The notes below the pieces were generated by a model, which was given only the letters and a program-made list of their open reading frames with translations, was not told the DNA's origin and made no database searches. A stretch of 64,000 nucleotides of DNA from an uncultured delta proteobacterium (GTDB taxonomy: Bacteria; Desulfobacterota; Binatia; Binatales; Binataceae): contig CAWHNS010000015.1 in NCBI GenBank assembly GCA_963830715.1, positions 3,023 to 67,022 on the forward strand. Reading direction: 5' to 3'. This document shows positions 20,542 through 31,198 of this stretch, piece by piece; within the stretch, counting starts at the first letter, position 1, and each line of letters starts with the position of its first letter. The translations under genes were made by a program, and so were the position numbers.

Positions 20542-21522
20542 TCAGGCCGGCGCCGAGCGGATCCTCGGCATCAGGTTCTCCGCGACCCACAGCGCCGAAA
20601 TCGCGGTCAGCCGCGCGCTGTCGAACGTGCACCAAAGCGCGACCCCGGCCGGTTGCTCGACAATTCTTACGACGACCGCGTCCTCGCCAACCGCGTCCAC
20701 CACACCGTGAAATCCCTCGTCCTCCTCGATCAGCAGCAGGCCGGGCGCTTCGCGGAGCTTGCGGCGCAAAGTCGCGTCGCTGCCTGGTCTGCAGAGCACC
20801 AGCGCGGTGCCGTGAAGCGTCGGCGCCTGCGCAACCTGCAGCACCATCGAGGGTGCGTAACCGATCAGCGATGCGACCTGCGAAGCGATCTCCTGCGCAA
20901 TTTCCGCCGCGCGCCGGTCCGCAAATATGTTGAACGCGAGCTGCGTCTCGCCCTCCGGCACCTCGAGCCGCGCGTTCATCAGATCGGCAGACTGCTCGAT
21001 AAGCCGGCTCATGGTCTCTCTGCCGCCGGAGCTGGCGCCGACGATGATCGTGACGGCCGCGAACTCCGCCCGATCGTCGAGGGCGCGCAGGAGGGTACTG
21101 ACGGCGTAGGCCGCCGGATGGGGAATCGCAAACAGACCGGCTGCGGCAAGCTCACCGATCTTCCGGGCGGGGGTGAGTCCCGGCGCTACCAGCGGCGCAT
21201 TTGCGATCGCGCGGGCAGCGCGGCTCAGATCGATAAGGACCGGGCGCGGGCGTGCCTTGATTATCTCGGCGGCGTACTCCTCCGGGACCGCCAGAAACGC
21301 GACGTCGAAGGCGGCCAACTCGGAGGGGTCGCGAAGCGCGCCAACCGGATATTCGTGCTCTTCGCCCTCGACGCTCTGGGCTGAGGACACCGGGGACGCG
21401 AACAGTTTCAACTCCGCGTATGGAAACCGGCGCTCGTCGATCAGCTCCACCAGCCGGGCGCCGACCGTGCCGGTCGCGCCGACGATCGCCAGTTTCAAAT
21501 CGCGGCCGGGTGCCGCGCTCAT
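20542..21522 (-). CDS. Aspartate-semialdehyde dehydrogenase-like (Usg-type) protein lacking the catalytic Cys
   Basis: AIVGATGTVG Rossmann motif and LAFN; AIPHPAA sits where active Asd has ANPNCS. Confidence 0.75.
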   Translation of the reverse strand: MSAAPGRDLKLAIVGATGTVGARLVELIDERRFPYAELKLFASPVSSAQSVEGEEHEYPVGALRDPSELAAFDVAFLAVPEEYAAEIIKARPRPVLIDLSRAARAIANAPLVAPGLTPARKIGELAAAGLFAIPHPAAYAVSTLLRALDDRAEFAAVTIIVGASSGGRETMSRLIEQSADLMNARLEVPEGETQLAFNIFADRRAAEIAQEIASQVASLIGYAPSMVLQVAQAPTLHGTALVLCRPGSDATLRRKLREAPGLLLIEEDEGFHGVVDAVGEDAVVVRIVEQPAGVALWCTFDSARLTAISALWVAENLMPRIRSAPA

Positions 21523-21523
21523 C

Positions 21524-22636
21524 TCAGGCTTCCGCTTCCAGGCTTTCGACTCGTTCACGCACCAGCCGTCCCATCGCCTTGCACCCCACCAGCTTGGTCG
21601 TGCCGCCGGCGTGAAGGTCGCGCGTGCGGTAACCCTCGCGCACCACCGCCTCGACCGCGCGCTCGATCAGCTCGGCGTCGGTGCGCATCCCAAGCGAATG
21701 TTCGAGCAACATCGCGGCCGAGAGAATCGCGGCCAGCGGATTGGCCTCATCGCGGCCCGCGATATCCGGCGCGCTGCCGTGAATCGGCTCGTAGAGGCCA
21801 ATCCGATATCCGGCGCTGTTCAACTCTTCGCCCAGCGACGCCGATGGCAGCAGCCCCATCGATCCGGCCAGCATCGAGGCCTCGTCGGTCAGGATATCGC
21901 CGAACATGTTCTCGGTCACGATTACGTCGAAGTCCCTGGGCCGGCGCAACAGGTGCATCGCCATCGAATCGACCAACTGGTTCTCGAAGGTCACGTCCTT
22001 GAACTCGCCGCTCAACTCGACGGCGATCTCGCGCCACAGCCGCGACGTAGCCAGGATATTGGCCTTGTCGACCGAAGTCAGCCGCTTGCGCCGCTTCTGC
22101 GCAAGCTCGAAGCCGAAACGCACCACGCGTTCGATCTCCTGCTCCGAGTAAAAGCAGGTGTCGACCGCCTCGCGGCCGTTGCCGGTCTTTCGCTTCTCGC
22201 TCGGCTGCCCGTAGTAGATTCCGCCGGTCAGTTCCCGCAACACGACCAGGTCGACGCCGCTTACGATTTCCGGTTTCAGGGGCGAGGCGGGAATCAGTTC
22301 CCTGATGGTCTTGACCGGCCGCAGATTCGCGAACAGCCCCAGCGTCTTGCGCAGCCCGAGCAGGGCCTGCTCCGGGCGCTTCTCCGCATTGGGATTGTCC
22401 CACTTGGGACCGCCGACCGCGCCGAGCAGGATCGCGTCGCTCTCCTGCGCCTGCTTGAGGACCTCGTCCGGCAGCGGCGTGCCGCGCGAATCGAGTGCGT
22501 GACCGCCGATCGGGCCTTCCTTGAATTCGAGATCGACCGCCGAACGCCGGGCGACGATCTTCAGGACCTGAATCGCTTCGGCGACGACTTCGGGTCCGAT
22601 GCCGTCGCCTTTGAGGGCCAGAATTTTATAAGCCAT
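21524..22636 (-). CDS. leuB: 3-isopropylmalate dehydrogenase
   Basis: GDGIGPEV, RELTGGIY, NMFGDIL, EPIHGSAPDIAG. Confidence 0.97.
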   Translation of the reverse strand: MAYKILALKGDGIGPEVVAEAIQVLKIVARRSAVDLEFKEGPIGGHALDSRGTPLPDEVLKQAQESDAILLGAVGGPKWDNPNAEKRPEQALLGLRKTLGLFANLRPVKTIRELIPASPLKPEIVSGVDLVVLRELTGGIYYGQPSEKRKTGNGREAVDTCFYSEQEIERVVRFGFELAQKRRKRLTSVDKANILATSRLWREIAVELSGEFKDVTFENQLVDSMAMHLLRRPRDFDVIVTENMFGDILTDEASMLAGSMGLLPSASLGEELNSAGYRIGLYEPIHGSAPDIAGRDEANPLAAILSAAMLLEHSLGMRTDAELIERAVEAVVREGYRTRDLHAGGTTKLVGCKAMGRLVRERVESLEAEA

Positions 22637-22805
22637 TAGTCAGCCGGACGGGCGAATGATCGAACAGGCGGGGCGATACTATTTTTCTTCGACGTGACGC
22701 TACTTCGATGGACGGAGCGTGCGCTTTTCCACACCAGACGCTCTAGCAATTCGCCCAACTGGCGCCATCGCGGCAAGCCCCTGAAAGCCGCGGTCCAACT
22801 TCCAC

Positions 22806-22895
22806 GTCATTCTGAGCGAAGCGAAGAATCCCTGCCGCTGCCGTGCGCCCAAGCTCTGTGGCAGGGATTCTTCGGCCGGAGGTCCTCAGAATGAC
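22806..22895. repeat. REP-like long palindrome
   Basis: GTCATTCTGAG (22806-22816)/CTCAGAATGAC (22885-22895) outer arms; GAAGAATCCCTGCC (22823-22836)/GGCAGGGATTCTTC (22860-22873) inner arms. Confidence 0.75.
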
Positions 22896-22940
22896 GGGTT
22901 GGGCTTGGCGTTTTCGTGATCGACCTTAGCTGTCACGGCG

Positions 22941-24511
22941 CTATGGTCCGTCGTATGCGCGCACCTGCGGCGCGCGACCGCGGGCCCGCAGCCGGTTGAG
23001 TGCGTTAACCAGCGCGAGCGCGCTCGCCATGATGATATCGCTATGAGCGCCGTGGCCCGCAACCGTCATCCCTTCTTCAGCCAGCAGGCAACTTACCTCT
23101 CCCAGCGCGTCGGTCCCGCCCGTGATTGCCTTGACCGAATAGCGCTCCAGGTCGGACTCATGCCGGCGATCTTCAGAATCGCCTTGTAGCACGCATCGAC
23201 CATCCCGTCGCCGGCGGCGGATTCCGTACGCTCGTCGCCGTTCACGCGCATCGTGACCCGGGCCTGCGGCGTCTCCTTGCTCGATGAGCTCACCTCGAGA
23301 TCGACCAGCGCGAAGTGATCCGTCGAGCGCCGGAACTCCTCGCTGACCAGCGCCAGAATGTCGTCGTCGTAGACCATTTTCTTCTTGTCGCACAAGGCCT
23401 TGAACTCGGCGAAGGCCTTGTCGAGATCGATCGCCGCGGTATCGACGCCCAGCACGGTCAGACGGTTCGTGAACGCGTGGCGGCCGGAATGCTTGCCGAG
23501 CACGAGCTTGTTGGACGGTATCCCGATTTCCTCGGGCTTCATGATCTCGTAGTTCAGCTTGTACTTGAGCACGCCGTCCTGATGAATCCCGGCCTCGTGG
23601 GCGAAGGCGTTGTCGCCGACGATCGGCTTGTTGAGCGGCACCGGCTGCCCGATGACCTGAGAGAGCAGGCGCGAGGCGGGATAGATCTGGCGCGTATTGA
23701 TCCGGCTCTCGACGCGGAGCAGGTCGCGGCGCGTCTTCAACGCCATCACGACCTCTTCCATCGAGGTATTGCCCGCGCGCTCGCCGATCCCGTTGATCGT
23801 GCATTCGATCTGGCGCGCGCCGTTCGCGATCGCGGCGAGCGAGTTCGCCACCGCCAGCCCCAGGTCGTTGTGGCAATGCGCGCTCCAGATGACCTTGTCG
23901 GCGCCGGGCACCTTCTCGCGCAGGAAGGCGAACATCCGGCCGTATTCCTCGGGAATCGCGTGGCCGGTCGTGTCGGGCAGGTTGATGATCTTCGCGCCCG
24001 CCCTGATGACCTCGGTGCAGATCGTGACCAGGTAATCCCAATCGCTTCGCGAGGCGTCCTCGGCGGAGAACTCGATATAGTCCAGATGCTCGCGCGCGCG
24101 CGTGACCGCCCAGGTGGCCGCGTCGAGCACGTCTTCGCGGGTCATGTTGAGCTTGTACTTGAGATGGATATCGGAGGTCGCGATGAAGATATGGATTCCG
24201 GGACGCGCCGACTTGTCCACTGAGGTCAGCGCCTGATCCACGTCCTGCTCGCGGGTGCGCGAGAGACTCAGCACCACCGGCGTGGTCACCGCCTGGGCCA
24301 CGCGCTGCACGGATTCGAAGTCGCCGGGAGAGGAGGCCGCGAAGCCGGCTTCGATCACGTCGACGTTGAGCCGTTCGAGTTGGCGTGCGAGCGCGACTTT
24401 CTCTTCGACGTTCATCGTCGCGCCGGGCGATTGCTCGCCGTCGCGCAGCGTGGTGTCGAAAATGCGTACCCAGTCGCCGCTATCGGATGGAGTGCGATCC
24501 GCTTCAGCCAT
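22941..24511 (-). CDS. leuA: 2-isopropylmalate synthase, frameshift near 23155
   Basis: FDTTLRDGEQ, HCHNDLG, GERAGN, HEAGIHQDG, GKHSGR, regulatory domain AITGGTDALGEV. Confidence 0.95.
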
Positions 24512-24561
24512 GTCTTTCACCTCATCATGCCCCAACCGTCATGGGCCGGCGAACCGCGCAC

Positions 24562-24608
24562 AAAGAAAAACGCCCCGGGCGGTCCGCTTTGGCCCATCGC
24601 CCGGGGCG
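24562..24608 (-). terminator. Attenuator terminator upstream of leuA
   Basis: 11-bp stem CGCCCCGGGCG/CGCCCGGGGCG followed by TTTTTCTTT on the minus strand. Confidence 0.8.
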
Positions 24609-24631
24609 CTCGTCGCGAAATTTCGAGCCGT

Positions 24632-24718
24632 TCAGGCTTGTCGCGCGACGCACCCGGCGTGGGCCTCACTAAGGCCCAGTCCGAGCAGCAGCGTCAGCAA
24701 CAGCGCACAGAACAACAT
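24632..24718 (-). CDS. Leucine attenuation leader peptide (28 aa, 9 Leu)
   Basis: MLFCALLLTLLLGLGLSEAHAGCVARQA* immediately before the terminator hairpin. Confidence 0.75.
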   Translation of the reverse strand: MLFCALLLTLLLGLGLSEAHAGCVARQA

Positions 24719-24951
24719 AACAAATTCATTCTAGGCGGGCGCCGCAAGCCAAGTCAAGGCGAGAAACCCTGCGTCGCAAGTGACGACCCGCGCCTCAAGG
24801 GAAAGTAACACGCGGCTCCGGCGCAGGGTTTCGCTTGTGGATAAAACCTCGGGTGACGGCCTTGCGGCCCCTTCAGCGCGCCGCCCGCAAGTTGTAGGCT
24901 GAAATGTAACGCGAACAAAAATGAAGGGCGGGAAAGGAAAGCAGGAAAACC

Positions 24952-25137
24952 ATGTTGGTTCCATGCGTGAATCCGAGTTGCAGAGAGCCTGGGCCTGTTG
25001 ATACCGAGGACTCCAGAAACTCCGTGTGCATCGGAAAGGATCGATGGGTTCACAAACGGTGTTACCCAGGGTGGCAAGCGCACGTCAGCAGGCCGGTAGA
25101 AGTGACAAAAGACTATGACGTTTTCTCCCGAGGTTAA
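24952..25137 (+). CDS. Hypothetical small Cys/His protein (possible Zn finger)
   Basis: CVNPSC...C...HKRC, AGGA RBS upstream. Confidence 0.4.
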   Translation: MLVPCVNPSCREPGPVDTEDSRNSVCIGKDRWVHKRCYPGWQAHVSRPVEVTKDYDVFSRG

Positions 25138-25180
25138 GTGGACGGCGAACCGCGCGAACCGGGCCGCCCCCTTACGGTCA

Positions 25181-25438
25181 ATGAGCCCATACGACGAAAT
25201 CGAGAGGCTGCTATCCGACATGCCAGCGCTGTCGCCGCAAAAGCGTGAGAGCCTACTTCCGGTGGCTCGGTCCATCGCGGCGGCCGTGGTGAGCAGCATC
25301 TCCGGCATGTCCGAGCGGCACGCGCGAAAAGCTTACGTCAAGGACGAGGACTTGGGGGAGTTGTGGTATCGGGTCGCGGATCTCACCATACGTCTGGCGA
25401 TGAGATCGCGCGCGGAAAATCCTGGGACGAGCGGCTAG
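25181..25438 (+). CDS. Hypothetical protein (alternative start 25115)
   Basis: Helical-looking ORF MSPYDEIERLL...DLGELWYRVADL; family not recognised. Confidence 0.4.
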   Translation: MSPYDEIERLLSDMPALSPQKRESLLPVARSIAAAVVSSISGMSERHARKAYVKDEDLGELWYRVADLTIRLAMRSRAENPGTSG

Positions 25439-25511
25439 GAGTGCGCCGATGCCACTATCGATCAGCCGTTCCGAGTGATCGAGCACGCAACGCGGCCGAA
25501 AACCTGACCAA

Positions 25512-25531
25512 TTTCAAACTGATGCACTCCC
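25512..25531 (+). mobile_element. Solo IS1-type terminal repeat
   Basis: TTTCAAACTGATGCACTCCC is 17/20 identical to the right end of the element at 14370-14389. Confidence 0.55.
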
Positions 25532-25536
25532 GACGC

Positions 25537-26467
25537 TTAAGGCCTATCGCTACGGGCCGGCAGCGCGCCGGTTATCTTCGGGTCGGCCTCGGATTCGGAT
25601 CGTCGCGCCCCGGTCTCCCGGCTCTCGCCGCCCGCCGCCACCGGACGCAGCACGGGCGTCTTCCTGGTCATCTTTTCGCCTTTGAGCATCAGCAGCGGGC
25701 CGGACAGCACATAGACGGTCGCCGCGGCGAACACGGTAACCTGCGGCATCGCGAACAGGAACGCCGCCGCGACCAGAACGCCGACCAGAATCTCAACCGG
25801 TGCAGTGCGGCGAAGATTCACCGACTTGAAGCTCGGATAGGGAACGCGCGAGATCATCGCCGCAGACAGCGCCTACCGTGAGCGGCGCCGGCCACCGCTG
25901 CCAGCACTCGCGGCGAGTCGAGCTCGAAGTAGCTGTACGCCAGCACCAGCGTCGCGATCATCGCGGCCGCGCCCGGAACGGGAAGTCCGATGAAGCGCCG
26001 CTTGTCGGTGCTGCCGGTCTGGATATTGAAGCGGGCGAGCCGCAGCGCCGCGCAGACCACGAAGATCCCGCTGACGATCCATGCCCAGCGCCCGAGCGGG
26101 CGCACGGCGAAGGTATAGACCAACCCGGCCGGCGCGACCCCGAACGCGACCACGTCGGACAGGCTGTCGTACTCGACGCCGAACTGGCTGGAGGTGCGCG
26201 AGAGCGCGCGCGACACGACCGTCGAGTCCGTCGCAGATGAAGGCCACCAGGATCATCACCGCGGCGAGCTCGAAGTGCGCATTGATCGCGGACACCAGCG
26301 AGTAGAAGCCCGCCATCAGGCCGAGCGAGGTGATTGTAACCGGCAGGAGGAAGACGCCGCGCCTGAGCGGGGCGGCAACTTTCCTGCGCTGTTCGCGAAA
26401 GCGGCCGGAGATCAGACGCACGCGGGCGCCGTTCACCGCCGTCGCGATCGAATCGGCGTTTCCTCAT
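25537..26467 (-). CDS. pssA: CDP-diacylglycerol-serine O-phosphatidyltransferase, frameshifted
   Basis: DGLDGRVAR, FGVEYDSLSDVVAFGVAP, LRLARFN. Confidence 0.9.
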
Positions 26468-27122
26468 TGCGTAAGCTCCCCGATCACGCTCTCTCCTGCC
26501 CTGACGCGATCGCCGACCTGCACCGCGACGCGGTATCTCGAACGGCATGAAATGATCGACGCGGCTGCCGAACATGATCAGCCCGATACGCTCCCCTATT
26601 TGTATCCTATCATGCTCGCGCAGGCGGCAGACTATGCGGCGGGCGAGGTAGCCGGCGACTTGAACCATAGCGTGCCGCGCCCCCGCGCCGTCATCGATCA
26701 CGATCAGGTTGCGCTCATTATGTTCGCTGGCATGGTCGCTGAAGGCGGCGTGAAACTCGCCCGGCGTGTGGGTCAGCGCGACGACTTCCCCGCTGACGGG
26801 CGCGCGATTGACATGCACGTTGAGCGGCGACATGAAGACCGAAACACGGCGAAACCGGCCCTCCGGAAGGCCGCTCGGGGCGTCCCTCGCCAATATCGGT
26901 GACGCGGCCGTCGGCGCCCGAGAGCACGATTCCCGGGCGCGAGGGCGGAACGCGTTCCGGGTCGCGAAAGAACGCGCCAATCGCGATCGCGACCAGCACC
27001 ATCGCAAGACCCAGCCAGTGCAAGCCGACCAGCGCAACCGCAAGGCCCGCGATGCCGGTGGCCAGAGCCATCGCCGCACCCTCAACCGCGATTCCGATCG
27101 TCGCGGCAATGCGGGCGAGCAT
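26464..27122 (-). CDS. psd: Phosphatidylserine decarboxylase, frameshifted
   Basis: FFRDPER, FMSPLNVHVNRAP, IMFGSRVD autocleavage site. Confidence 0.9.
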
Positions 27123-27179
27123 CCCCTGCGGCTGTCGGCGACGCTGTTGCTGTTCCGGGCGCGCGATACTGTCCAATGC

Positions 27180-28196
27180 CTAGTTCTTCGACTTGTCGAC
27201 CAGCCGCTCGCTGGCCAGCCACGGCATGAAGGACCGCAGCTTGCGCCCGACTTCCTCGGAGGGATGATGTTCGCCCTCTTTGCGCAATTCGCGGAAGTGA
27301 GGCAGGCCCGCGCGGTACTCTTCTATCCATTCGTTGGCGAACTTGCCCGACTGAATGTCGGCGAGCAGCTTCTTCATCGCCTCGCGCGAGGGCGCTCCCA
27401 CCACGCGCTTGCCGCGCGTCATGTCGCCGTACTCGGCGGTATTGCTTATCGAGTAGCGCATGTTCGAGATGCCGCCCTCGTAGATCAGGTCCACGATCAG
27501 CTTCACCTCGTGCACGCACTCGAAGTAGGCCATTTCGGGTGCGTAGCCGGCCTCGACCAGGGTCTCATAGCCCGCCCGAATCAGCTCGGTCAGGCCGCCG
27601 CACAAGACCGCCTGCTCGCCGAACAGATCGGTTTCGGTCTCCTCCTTGAAGGAGGTTTCCAGCAGCGCGGCGCGGGCACCGCCGATCGCGGCGCCATAGG
27701 CGAGCGCGATTTTCCTGGTATCGCCGGAAGGATCCTGATGCACCGCGAGCAGGCACGGCACGCCACGGCCCTTGGTGTATTCGGAACGCACCAGGTGTCC
27801 GGGACCCTTGGGCGCGATCATGAAGACATTGACGTCCTTGGGAGGCTGGATGAACTTGAAATGGATATTGAAGCCGTGGCCGAAAGCGAGGGATTTGCCG
27901 GCCGTCAGAAATGGTCCGATCTCGCTCTGATAGATGTCGGAGCCCATCTCGTCCGGCACGAGCATCATGATGAGGTCGGCCTGCTTCGCCGCTTCGGCCG
28001 TTTCCAGCACGCTCAGTCCGTGCTTTGCAGCCTTGTCCCACGACGGACTGCCCTTGCGCAGGCCAACCCGCACGTCCATCCCGCTGTCACGCAGATTGAG
28101 CGCGTGGGCATGGCCCTGGCTGCCGAAACCGAGGATCGCGATCTTCCTGGGTTTCAGCGCGCTCAGATCCGCATCGCGATCGTAATAGACCTTCAT
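27180..28196 (-). CDS. ilvC: Ketol-acid reductoisomerase
   Basis: [28 protein letters not shown]. Confidence 0.97.
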   Translation of the reverse strand: MKVYYDRDADLSALKPRKIAILGFGSQGHAHALNLRDSGMDVRVGLRKGSPSWDKAAKHGLSVLETAEAAKQADLIMMLVPDEMGSDIYQSEIGPFLTAGKSLAFGHGFNIHFKFIQPPKDVNVFMIAPKGPGHLVRSEYTKGRGVPCLLAVHQDPSGDTRKIALAYGAAIGGARAALLETSFKEETETDLFGEQAVLCGGLTELIRAGYETLVEAGYAPEMAYFECVHEVKLIVDLIYEGGISNMRYSISNTAEYGDMTRGKRVVGAPSREAMKKLLADIQSGKFANEWIEEYRAGLPHFRELRKEGEHHPSEEVGRKLRSFMPWLASERLVDKSKN

Positions 28197-28199
28197 TCG

Positions 28200-28725
28200 C
28201 TACTCCTGATTGGCGCGGGCGCGGCCGTGATTGGCGATGGGCTGGACCGACCGCGCCATCGCGATCTTGCCCGAGCGCACCACTTCCTTGATTCCAAGCG
28301 GGCGCACCAGCGCGATAAACGCCTGGATCTTGTCCGAGTCGCCGGTGATTTCCACCGTCACCGAACGCGGCCCGATATCGACCACGTGGGCGCGAAACGC
28401 CGACGACGATCGAATCCATCTCCGGGCGCGTGCGCTCATCCACCGCGACTTTCACCATCACCATCTCGCGGTCGACGGTCTCCACGTCCTTGAAGTCGGT
28501 CACCTTGATGACCGAGACGAGCTTGTTCAGTTGCTTGTTGATCTGCTCGAGGATCTGGTCGTCGCCCGAGGTGACCAGCACGATTCGGGAGACCGTGGGG
28601 TCGGACGGATCCTCGTTGACGGTCAGCGACTGGATATTGAAGCCGCGACTGGAGAACAGCCCCGAGACGCGCGCCAGAACGCCGAATTCGTTTTCGACCA
28701 ATACCGATATCGTATGACTGGGCAT
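28200..28725 (-). CDS. ilvN: Acetolactate synthase small subunit, frameshift near 28400
   Basis: [28 protein letters not shown]; EVVRSGKIA. Confidence 0.92.
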
Positions 28726-28765
28726 TGCGGTGGAAATCGCGCGCGCATCGCGGAGCGCCTGCCGT

Positions 28766-28996
28766 TCAGCGTGCCTCGTTCTGATGGCGATGCAGAATCA
28801 TCATTATCCGATCTTTCGAGGCCAGCTTGAGCTTCTGAATTCTCTTCATTTCCACTTCATCCGCCGCGGTGAGATAGAGCTTGCCGCGAAACGTTTCGAG
28901 TTGCCGCTTGAGGTCGAGATGCTCGTGGTAGAGCGCCTTCAACTCCTCGTCGCGGGCTGCAAGCTGTTGAATGAGATCGACTTCTCTCTGCTCCAT
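28766..28996 (-). CDS. DUF465/YdcH-like small coiled-coil protein
   Basis: MEQREVDLI...LYHEHLDL...KLKLASKDRI with its own GGAGG RBS. Confidence 0.75.
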   Translation of the reverse strand: MEQREVDLIQQLAARDEELKALYHEHLDLKRQLETFRGKLYLTAADEVEMKRIQKLKLASKDRIMMILHRHQNEAR

Positions 28997-29746
28997 AGCC
29001 CCTCCGTTCCGACTTCTGTCCGGTTCGCGCCGGCCGGCCGCCCTGAGCGTTGCCTCAGGCGGCCTGACATAAAGAGGTTCCAGGATGACAGCCTGCTCCG
29101 CCTCACCTCGCGCAAATCCGGCCGCGCCCAACGCCGCAATCGACCTGCCCCGCGCGGGCAAGTCGCTGTCTGCAAGCGTCGTCGCTCGCCTGCCTTGCGC
29201 ACCGATTAGGGAGTTCGCATCCGCAGCCCTTCGGTCCCCCACAAGCACCGTCTTATCCGGAATCCGCGGGACCAACCACTCGAGCTTCACCACCAGATCA
29301 TCCGACAGCTTCTGTAACCTATCGGACACTATCCGGTAAAGAGCCGCATAAACTTCCCCCTTGCGCGCGTCCAGAACCGGGCAAATGAAATCCTGCCAGA
29401 GGGACTCCGAAGCACCCGCCTCCGATCTGTCCGCCAGCGAATCGAGGGCGCCGAGCGCCATCGCGTCAAGGCTCGGAATCCCCACGATTGGGCATCCGAT
29501 CGCCGCGACCAGACCCTTGGCGTAGCTGAGCGCGATCCTGAGTCCGGTGAACGAGCCCGGGCCGATTCCAACCGCGACTCCGGCCAGCTCACGGATACCA
29601 ACACCCGTGCCGCGGAGCAACTCCGCGACCAGGTCGGGCAACGACGCGCCGTGCGGGCCAGCCGCGCGCGACAGGTCCGCGATTGTCCGCCCGTTGGCTA
29701 CCAGCCCGAGGCTTGCGATTGGAGTTCCGGTGTCCAGGCCCAGCAC
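28997..29746 (-). CDS. tsaB: tRNA threonylcarbamoyladenosine biosynthesis protein TsaB (ends approximate)
   Basis: LGLDT, GPGSFTGLRI, DARKGEVY, EPLYVR. Confidence 0.92.
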
Positions 29747-29780
29747 GGGGCCGATCGAGACGCTCTGCCGCAGCAGCAGC

Positions 29781-31137
29781 TTATCCCTGAACAATTCGCG
29801 AGATATCATTGAAGATGACGAAGGCCATCAAGGCCACCAGCACGACCAACCCGAACCGCTGCGCCATCTCGCGATGACGCACGGTGACCGGCTTGCCGCG
29901 CACGCACTCGACCAGGAAGAAGGCCAGATGGCCTCCGTCGAGCATCGGCACCGGCAGCAGGTTGATGATGGCGAGTTCGATACTCAGCATGACCGTGAAG
30001 AGTGCGACGTTGGCAAATCCCTGATGGGCCTGCTGGCCGGCCAACTGCGCGATCATGATCGGTCCGCCGAGCGCTTCCCGAATAGGAGTCGATCGCCGGA
30101 CTATCTCCGCGATTCCGGAGACCAGCATCACGGTCATCTTTCCGGTCTCGACAAACGCGTGACCGGTCGCGGACACCGGACCCAGCCGCTGCACTATGGA
30201 GTCGCCCCGCGGCATGACTCCGATTACCCAGTTGCCGTGCGCTTCGGGAGTGCCGGTTTCATGTTCGCGCACCGGCCTGAGCACCAAAACTCCGTGCGTG
30301 GCGCCGCCGTTAACACTTTCTCGCGCGAACTCGATCTTAAGCGCCCGGCCGTCGCCGCCTTTAACCGTATCCGACAGTTCGTTCCAGGTTTTCAGCGGAC
30401 GGCCGTCGATCGAGAGGATGCGGTCCCCGGTGCGCAGACCAGCGGTCGCGGCCGGCATCCCGGCCTTCACCTGCCCGACGGTCGGCAGCAGGTACGGCAC
30501 GCCGTACATGAAGACGATCGCGAGCGCCACCGGAGCAAACACGTAGTTCGCCAGCGGACCGGCGATCACGATCAGAATCCGCTTGGCAACGCTCTGAGTT
30601 GGAAAGGAACGGGCCTTCAGGGTTTCGACCAGTTCAGGCGGGCGTCTGGCTGCGATCGCCTTGATCGCGTCCGGTACCGACCCGACCCGTTCGATTTCGG
30701 AAAGCAGCGTCGATTCGAGCGGACTCAGCCGGTGGCCGAAGATCGCAGCGCTCTTCTGATCGCCGATCGCAGGCGCCGCGCGATGAGCCAGCGCAAGAAG
30801 TTCGCCATCGGAATCCGGAGCCGCGATCGGGGAGTCCGCGACCTTGGCCGCGGACGAACAGGTCGAGCCCGGTTTCCTTCAGCAAGGTCTCGCTGTCGCC
30901 GAGACCCGGCTCGTCGCCGATCTCGTCGCCGAGCATCCGGACGTAGCCGCCAAGCGGGGTCGCCGACAGTGCGTATTCGGTCTCGCCCCGGCGGAACGAC
31001 CAGACTTTGGGAGGGTAACCGATCGAGAACCGCAGCACCCGGACGCCGCACCGCTTCGCCATCACGAAGTGACCGGCCTCATGCACCACAATCAGCACCG
31101 CCAGGATCACGACCGCCGCAATTATCGAGGTCAGCAT
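29781..31137 (-). CDS. rseP: RIP metalloprotease RseP, frameshifted, with an insert of roughly 100 aa
   Basis: VHEAGHF, PLGGYVRM, AGPLAN, PDZ domain, NLLPVPMLDGG. Confidence 0.9.
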
Positions 31138-31198
31138 AGACTCCTTTGAGCGTGCGCTTGGCTCGTGGAGGGCAGCTTAAAGGACGTGCCTGGCGGCA

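Noticed and set aside
28766-29809. TsaB-DUF465 fusion
   Set aside because: The DUF465 part has its own GGAGG RBS and ATG, and an alternative frame offers a plausible TsaB end; likely an indel artefact, although not proven.
26766-31139. Long antisense ORFs (for example 575 aa and 530 aa)
   Set aside because: They are shadows of well-identified genes, as expected in GC-rich DNA.
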